Shown: positions 32,185 through 37,659 of the stretch, in pieces | Layout of the letters: each line of letters begins with the position of its first letter | Position numbering within the stretch: the first letter of the stretch is position 1 | DNA from: an uncultured Deinococcales bacterium | GTDB taxonomy: Bacteria > Deinococcota > Deinococci > Deinococcales > JAAFIG01 | Assembly: GCA_964247135.1 (NCBI GenBank) | Contig: CAXTTL010000018.1 | Location: 1-37,659, forward strand | DNA length: 37,659 nt | Direction of reading: 5' to 3' | Made by a program: the position numbers and the translations under genes | The notes under the pieces: generated by a model | Told to the model about the DNA's origin: nothing | The model's input: the letters and a program-made list of their open reading frames with translations, nothing else | The model's database searches: none

Positions 32185-32382
32185 ATGACTCAACGTATCG
32201 CAGTGGTCACTGGTGCAAACCGTGGCATAGGCTTGGCAATCGTGCGTCAACTTGCGCAGGCGGGCATGAAAGTCATCGCAACCTCACGTGATGCCGAAAA
32301 GGGCAGGGCGGCGGGCCAGAAACTGGCTGGGCAGGGCGAAATCGAGTATGAAACCTTGGCAGTTGATGATGAGGCGACATGA
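32185..32382 (+). pseudogene. Truncated SDR oxidoreductase (N-terminal 65 aa only)
   Basis: IAVVTGANRGIGLAIVRQL Rossmann motif; ends before the catalytic region. Confidence 0.8.
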
Positions 32383-32621
32383 TCTTCTACACTTTGGGGG
32401 TGACACCTGCGGAGCCAGGGTATACCAAAGCACGGATCGCGCCGCGACTGGGAAGGCTGGTGTGGGCGAAAGGCAATGTTCCAACTCCACACGGCATGAT
32501 CTCGCTCGAGGTGAACGCTCATCAGGTGCTGATCGAATCACCCGTACCAGTAATCGTAGAACTTACGGGTCAGCCAGCCCACGACTTGCCCAGTGGAAGA
32601 CATGAGATCACGATCCAGTGA
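32376..32621 (+). pseudogene. C-terminal fragment of an alpha-L-rhamnosidase
   Basis: DMIFYTLGVTPAEPGYTKARIAP...GNVPTPHGMI parallels VAGLAPAAPGYKKLEIKP...TPYG in the intact GH78 gene downstream. Confidence 0.75.
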
Positions 32622-32717
32622 TCAACTGCGCAGCACTCGAGGATGCCAAGCTGTTGAATCACGTCTACGCTGCGCCATACCGGTTCATCAATCAATTGGA
32701 GACCCAGAAATGAACGA

Positions 32718-32848
32718 CTCGAGCTTTTCTGGGCGTGGCTGGACAGTATTCCACAAATGGAGCGCTTTGTGCGGCTGCGTTCATTGTGCTGCTGGCGTGG
32801 CGGGCAGGAAGGCGCGAGCCTGAAAAAAGTGAAATCGTAACGGCTTGA
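32718..32848 (+). pseudogene. Orphan 3' end of a membrane protein gene
   Basis: RAFLGVAGQYSTNGALCAAAFIVLLAWRAGRREPEKSEIVTA*; in-frame stop directly upstream and no start codon. Confidence 0.35.
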
Positions 32849-32966
32849 CTACCGTGACCACACGCAAAGCCAAACACGCGCTTGACTCTGTTAAAGGATC
32901 AAGCACACAAGATAAATGACACAACACTCGAGTTCCTTGATGTTCAAGGACTGCAAAGGACTGCAC

Positions 32967-35792
32967 ATGACAAGCCAAACGCAAACCGTCAACGTAACCA
33001 AGCCATCCCTCGAGCACCTTCACGAGCACCTCGGCATCGGCAACCCGCGCCCGAGAATTTCTTGGACAATTGAAACCGACACGCCAAACTGGTTGCAGAC
33101 CGCGTATGAACTCGAGCTTCACCAAAATGGAACTTCAGAATCCAGTGGCAAACTCGAGTCGAGTGAATCGGTGCTTGTGCCTTGGGTTTTTGAAAACCTC
33201 AAATCTCGAGGACAGTGTTCATTACGGGTTCGTGTTTGGGACAGTGCAAACCAGATTTCGGATTGGAGTGAACGTTTAGACTTCGAGCTTGGCTTGCTCG
33301 AGACTTCAGATTGGATGGCACGGTTTATCACACCCGATTGGGAAGAGGACATTTCCAAACCTCAACCCTCTCCCCTGCTGCGCCGAAAATTTGAACTGAA
33401 ATCTCGAGTCAAAAACGCAAGGTTGTACGTGACCGCGCTTGGCGTGTACGAGGCATACATCAACGGGACTCGGGTTGGAGATCATGTCCTTGCACCTGGT
33501 TGGACGAGTTACGACCACCGTATTCGCTATCAAACCTTTGACGTGACAAATCTGCTGCATGATGGTCAAAACGCCATTGGCGCGATGATTGGCGACGGTT
33601 GGTATCGGGGGGGACTCGGTTTTGGTGGCGGACGGCGCAACGTTTATGGCGACAAACTGGCACTGCTGGCACAACTTGAGGTTCTATTTGAAGATGGAAC
33701 AATGGAACGAATCGTCACGAACGATTCTTGGCGCTCGAGCACAGGTGCAGTCCAAAGCAGCGACATTTACGACGGCGAAATCTACGATGCCAGACTCGAG
33801 CAACACGGCTGGAATACGGCAAATTTCGATGCTTCAAAATGGTCTGGCGTGAACACCCTCGAGCGGGATTTCTCGAAACTCGAGTCACCCCTCAGTTCAC
33901 CAGTGCGCCAAATCGAAGAGGTTGCAGCAGTCAGCATCACCACATCACCAAGCGGTAAAACGCTGGTGGATTTTGGTCAAAATTTGGTGGGCGGGGTTCG
34001 ACTTTCAGTGCAGGGCGACGCTGGGCAAACCATCACGCTTCGTCATGCCGAAGTGCTCGAGCTAGGCGAACTTGGCACGCGACCACTGCGCCATGCTGCT
34101 CAAACCGATCAATACATTTTGCGCGGTGCTGAACTCGAGGTCTGGCAACCGCGTTTTACGTTTCACGGCTTTCGTTATGTCGAAATTTCAGGCTATCCAA
34201 GCGAGATCAAACTCGAGCATCTGGTGGCAGTGGTGCTGCATTCTGACCTCGAGCGCACGGGCTGGTTTGAATGCTCAGACCCACTGGTCAACCAATTGCA
34301 TCAAAACATTGTCTGGGGAATGCGCGGGAATTTCTTGGATGTCCCCACCGACTGTCCGCAACGCGACGAACGACTCGGTTGGACGGGCGACATTCAAGTG
34401 TTTGCACCAACCGCCAGTTTCTTGTTTGACAGCGCGGGTTTCCTCGAGTCCTGGTTAAAAGATTTAAAAGCCGAACAAGACAGCGATGGCGTTGTGCCAT
34501 TCACCATTCCAAACGTGCTGGGCGTGAGCGGTGTCACACCCATGACCGCCTGGGGCGATGCCGCCGTGATCGTGCCTTGGGTGCTTTACCAGCGTTACAA
34601 CGACCCCAGAATTCTCGAGGTGCAATTTGAGAGCATGAAAGCCTGGGTCGATCACCTCGAGCGCATCACAAAGCCCAGCCTGCTGTGGGACACAGGACCA
34701 CAATTTGGCGATTGGCTCGACCCGAGCGCCCCACCAGAAAATCCTGGGGACGCCAAAACGCCAAGTGCGGTGGTTGCCACCGCGTACTTTGCACGGTCTG
34801 CACAGTTGCTGGGACAATCGGCTCGGGTGCTCGAGAAAGCAACCGAAGCTCAACATTACCTCGAGCTTGCCGCCAAAGTTCGCGCCGCGTTTGTTGCCGA
34901 GTACATCACGCCAAACGGCAGAATCCTTGGCGATGCCACCACCGCTTACGCCCTCGCGCTCGAGTTTGAATTGTTGCTCGAGCCTCAACGACAACGGGCG
35001 CAAAAACGCTTGCTCGAGTTGGTGCGCAACAACGGCTACCGCATCAGCACCGGTTTTGTCGGTACGCCACTGGTTTGTGATGCCTTGTGCCAAGGTGGTT
35101 TTGTCGAAGCTGCCTACCGCCTGCTGTTGCAACGCCAGTGTCCAAGTTGGCTTTACCCCGTCACGATGGGCGCAACCACCGTCTGGGAGCGTTGGGACAG
35201 CATGTTGCCCGATGGTTCGATCAACCCTGGCGAGATGACCAGCTTTAACCATTACGCCCTGGGTGCGGTTGCCGATTGGTTGCATCGCTCGGTGGCTGGA
35301 CTCGCCCCCGCCGCGCCAGGGTACAAGAAACTCGAGATTAAACCGCTCTTGGGCGGGAATTTCAGCCACGCTCGAGCCAGTCACATCACGCCTTACGGTC
35401 TGGCAAGCTCGAGTTGGAAGATTGAAAACAACCAATTTGAACTCGAGGTTGTTGTTCCAGCCAACACCACCGCCACCGTGTACCTGCCAAATGCAAAAGA
35501 ATCTCTCGAGGTTGGCAGTGGCACACACCGTTGGACGCAACTGTACACGCCACCCGTGATTCAACGAGCGAAGTTAACGCTCGAGATCACTGAAGGCGAA
35601 TTGCTCGACGATCCTGAAGCTTACGCTGTGGTGTTGGAAACGGTTCGCCAGCACAACCCGACAGCGGTCACCAACGACGGGCGTTTGCGTCATACGGGCA
35701 GTATCAATTTGCGGCAAGTGACGGGTTTTATGCCCAAGTCGCTCGAGCTACAAGAAAAGCTGGAGCAGGCTTTACTTACATTGAATCGTTGA
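32967..35792 (+). CDS. Alpha-L-rhamnosidase, GH78
   Basis: VDFGQNLVG, FTFHGFRYVE, PTDCPQRDERLGWTGD, GATTVWERWD, SFNHYALGAV. Confidence 0.95.
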   Translation: MTSQTQTVNVTKPSLEHLHEHLGIGNPRPRISWTIETDTPNWLQTAYELELHQNGTSESSGKLESSESVLVPWVFENLKSRGQCSLRVRVWDSANQISDWSERLDFELGLLETSDWMARFITPDWEEDISKPQPSPLLRRKFELKSRVKNARLYVTALGVYEAYINGTRVGDHVLAPGWTSYDHRIRYQTFDVTNLLHDGQNAIGAMIGDGWYRGGLGFGGGRRNVYGDKLALLAQLEVLFEDGTMERIVTNDSWRSSTGAVQSSDIYDGEIYDARLEQHGWNTANFDASKWSGVNTLERDFSKLESPLSSPVRQIEEVAAVSITTSPSGKTLVDFGQNLVGGVRLSVQGDAGQTITLRHAEVLELGELGTRPLRHAAQTDQYILRGAELEVWQPRFTFHGFRYVEISGYPSEIKLEHLVAVVLHSDLERTGWFECSDPLVNQLHQNIVWGMRGNFLDVPTDCPQRDERLGWTGDIQVFAPTASFLFDSAGFLESWLKDLKAEQDSDGVVPFTIPNVLGVSGVTPMTAWGDAAVIVPWVLYQRYNDPRILEVQFESMKAWVDHLERITKPSLLWDTGPQFGDWLDPSAPPENPGDAKTPSAVVATAYFARSAQLLGQSARVLEKATEAQHYLELAAKVRAAFVAEYITPNGRILGDATTAYALALEFELLLEPQRQRAQKRLLELVRNNGYRISTGFVGTPLVCDALCQGGFVEAAYRLLLQRQCPSWLYPVTMGATTVWERWDSMLPDGSINPGEMTSFNHYALGAVADWLHRSVAGLAPAAPGYKKLEIKPLLGGNFSHARASHITPYGLASSSWKIENNQFELEVVVPANTTATVYLPNAKESLEVGSGTHRWTQLYTPPVIQRAKLTLEITEGELLDDPEAYAVVLETVRQHNPTAVTNDGRLRHTGSINLRQVTGFMPKSLELQEKLEQALLTLNR

Positions 35793-35845
35793 TGGTGCTC
35801 GAGGTGCTTCTCTAGGATTTGGCAATTTGACAAAAACGGTGTGCT

Positions 35846-35873
35846 GTAGGGACAAGACGCGTCTCGTCCCTAC
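35846..35873. repeat. GTAG-family REP-like palindrome (one mismatch)
   Basis: GTAGGGACAAGACG|CGTCTCGTCCCTAC, homologous to 8200-8227. Confidence 0.8.
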
Positions 35874-35957
35874 GCAATTTGGGCGTTTTTTGTGAATATC
35901 CCTAAACGACTTTGATTTCGCGTGATGAACAACATTTTTGAGGCAACTCGAGCTTGA

Positions 35958-35995
35958 TTCTGCCCTAGACAGAATCCGCTTTTTAATGGTATGAT
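35958..35995 (+). promoter_or_regulatory. gyrA promoter with an RDRM-like (DdrO) box over the -35
   Basis: TTCTGCCCTAGACAGAA (35958-35974) contains the -35-like TAGACA; extended -10 TGGTATGAT (TATGAT at 35990-35995), 18-bp spacer. Confidence 0.7.
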
Positions 35996-36102
35996 TGAGC
36001 GTTCGCAAACGGCGAGACTCAAATCGCCTTTTTCACGTCTGACTCGAGAAACACCACGCATCAAAACCGTTCAATCTCGAGCCATCAAATCACTGGAGGA
36101 AT

Positions 36103-37659
36103 ATGTCAAACGCCGTCATACCTGTCGAAATCACCGATGAAGTCAAAACCGCATTTATCAATTACGCCATGTCCACGATTGTGGATCGGGCGCTGCCCGA
36201 CGTGCGTGACGGCTTAAAGCCCGTACAACGCCGTATTCTGTACGCCATGTTGCAAGAGGGGCTTTCGCCAGGTCGTAAGCACCAAAAAAGCGCGGGTGTG
36301 GTCGGTGAGGTCATCAAAAAATACCACCCGCACGGCGACAGCCCGATTTACGAGGCGATGGTTCGCATGGCGCAATCCTGGAACTTGCGCTACCCCGTTG
36401 TGGACGGTCAAGGCAACTTCGGCAGCATCGACGGCGACCCCGCCGCCGCCTACAGGTACACCGAAGCCCGCATGACCCGAGCCGCCGAGGTGATGCTCGA
36501 GGATATCGAAAAAGAGACGGTCGATTTCAAACCGAACTTTGACGAAACCACCGAAGAACCCACCGTGCTGCCTGGTGGCTTTCCGTACATGCTGGTCAAC
36601 GGCGCGGTCGGCATCGCCGTGGGCATGGCGACCAACATTCCGCCGCACAACCTGACCGAGATTTGCAATGGTTTGCTCGAGATTATCAGAAACCCAGAGA
36701 TTAATTTGGATGATCTGATGAAAATTGTGCCAGGACCAGATTTCCCAACAGGTGGACGCCTGGGCAAAAAAGGCATCCGTGAGGCTTACGCCAGCGGTCA
36801 AGGCAGCATTCGAGTGCGCGGCAAAGCCAGAATTGAAGAAATCAAGGGTCGCAGCCAGATTGTGATTACCGAAATCCCGTATCAGGTCAACAAAACCAAT
36901 TTGCTGACCACGATCTCGGCGCAGTACCGCGAGGGTAAAATTCCTGATATTGCCGCATTGCGTGACGAATCGGATCGCACCACACCTGTTCGGATTGTCA
37001 TTGAACTCAAGCGCGGCACGCTGCCAGATTTGGTCTTAAACCAGCTCTACAAGCACACGCAACTCCAGACCAGTTTTAACATCATCAACTTGGCAATTGT
37101 AAACGGCGCTCCAAAAGTCTTGGCACTCAAAGAGGGCATGACGCTGTTCCTGGATCACCGCAAAAACGTGGTCACGCGCCGCGCCAGGTACGACCTTAAA
37201 AAAGCCCGAGAGCGCACCCACATTCTCGAGGGACTGCTTATTGCGCTCGATAACATCGACGAGATCATTCGGATCATTCGCGCCTCGCAAACGGGTGCGG
37301 AAGCCAAAGATGGTTTAATGGCGCGATTCAGCTTCTCCGAAATTCAAGCCCAAGCGATTCTCGACATGCGTTTGCAACGCCTGACCGGTCTCGAGCGCGG
37401 CAAACTCAACGAAGAATACAATGCGCTCCTCGAGACGATTGGTTTCCTCGAGTCGATTCTGGCAGATGAAAGCAAACTCTGGAACGAAGTCAAAAAAGAA
37501 ATCACGGTCATTCGTGACAAGTACGGCGACGAACGCCGCACGGTCATTACTGACTTATCCGAAGACATCAACAAAGAAGACCTGATCGCCATTGAAGACA
37601 TGGTGATTACCGTCACCAAAGGCGGTTACATCAAACGCACGACGCTCGAGGCGTACCGT
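36103..37659 (+). CDS. gyrA: DNA gyrase subunit A (5' part, runs off the window; missing from the ORF track)
   Basis: Translated by hand from [94 protein letters not shown]. Confidence 0.96.
   Translation, partial: MSNAVIPVEITDEVKTAFINYAMSTIVDRALPDVRDGLKPVQRRILYAMLQEGLSPGRKHQKSAGVVGEVIKKYHPHGDSPIYEAMVRMAQSWNLRYPVVDGQGNFGSIDGDPAAAYRYTEARMTRAAEVMLEDIEKETVDFKPNFDETTEEPTVLPGGFPYMLVNGAVGIAVGMATNIPPHNLTEICNGLLEIIRNPEINLDDLMKIVPGPDFPTGGRLGKKGIREAYASGQGSIRVRGKARIEEIKGRSQIVITEIPYQVNKTNLLTTISAQYREGKIPDIAALRDESDRTTPVRIVIELKRGTLPDLVLNQLYKHTQLQTSFNIINLAIVNGAPKVLALKEGMTLFLDHRKNVVTRRARYDLKKARERTHILEGLLIALDNIDEIIRIIRASQTGAEAKDGLMARFSFSEIQAQAILDMRLQRLTGLERGKLNEEYNALLETIGFLESILADESKLWNEVKKEITVIRDKYGDERRTVITDLSEDINKEDLIAIEDMVITVTKGGYIKRTTLEAYR

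Noticed and set aside
32946-32965. 10-bp tandem repeat AAGGACTGCA at the rhamnosidase RBS
   Set aside because: Real but short; likely simple slippage with no evident consequence.
22002-35564. Long antisense ORFs (22002-23003, 27752-28711, 31261-32157, 34464-35564)
   Set aside because: Shadows of well-supported genes on the opposite strand, with no motifs.
36214-37619. Minus-strand ORFs listed in the last 1.5 kb
   Set aside because: Antisense shadows of gyrA, which the track missed because its stop lies outside the window.

Overview
Chromosomal window from a Deinococcota (most likely Deinococcales) bacterium, inferred from a Thermus/Deinococcus-type CarD, many leaderless starts and RDRM-like boxes. 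It is mostly housekeeping genes: hemW, folC, hppA, carD, gluQ, skp, polyprenyl synthase, 5-formyl-THF cyclo-ligase, mltG, ligA, miaA, ppa and the 5' part of gyrA. It also holds two two-component systems, an ECF sigma/RskA/cytochrome locus, a sulfite-oxidase-family molybdoenzyme and a mosaic rhamnoside-utilisation island (ROK regulator, sugar ABC genes, gene relics, GH78). The dominant unexplained signal is the palindrome CTCGAG: 27 copies counted by hand in the first 2 kb against about 0.5 expected. It sits in coding frames and terminator stems, is depleted in a foreign-looking ABC cassette, and lies at the start of orphan gene fragments, resembling cyanobacterial HIP1. Other leads are a membrane H+-PPase with a C-terminal two-domain beta-sandwich extension, DdrO-type boxes at gyrA and ligA, GTAG-family REP palindromes, a structured carD leader or uORF, a putative ECF mini-regulon and an AT-rich patch inside ligA. 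All product calls come from motif recognition by eye; no database searches were run.
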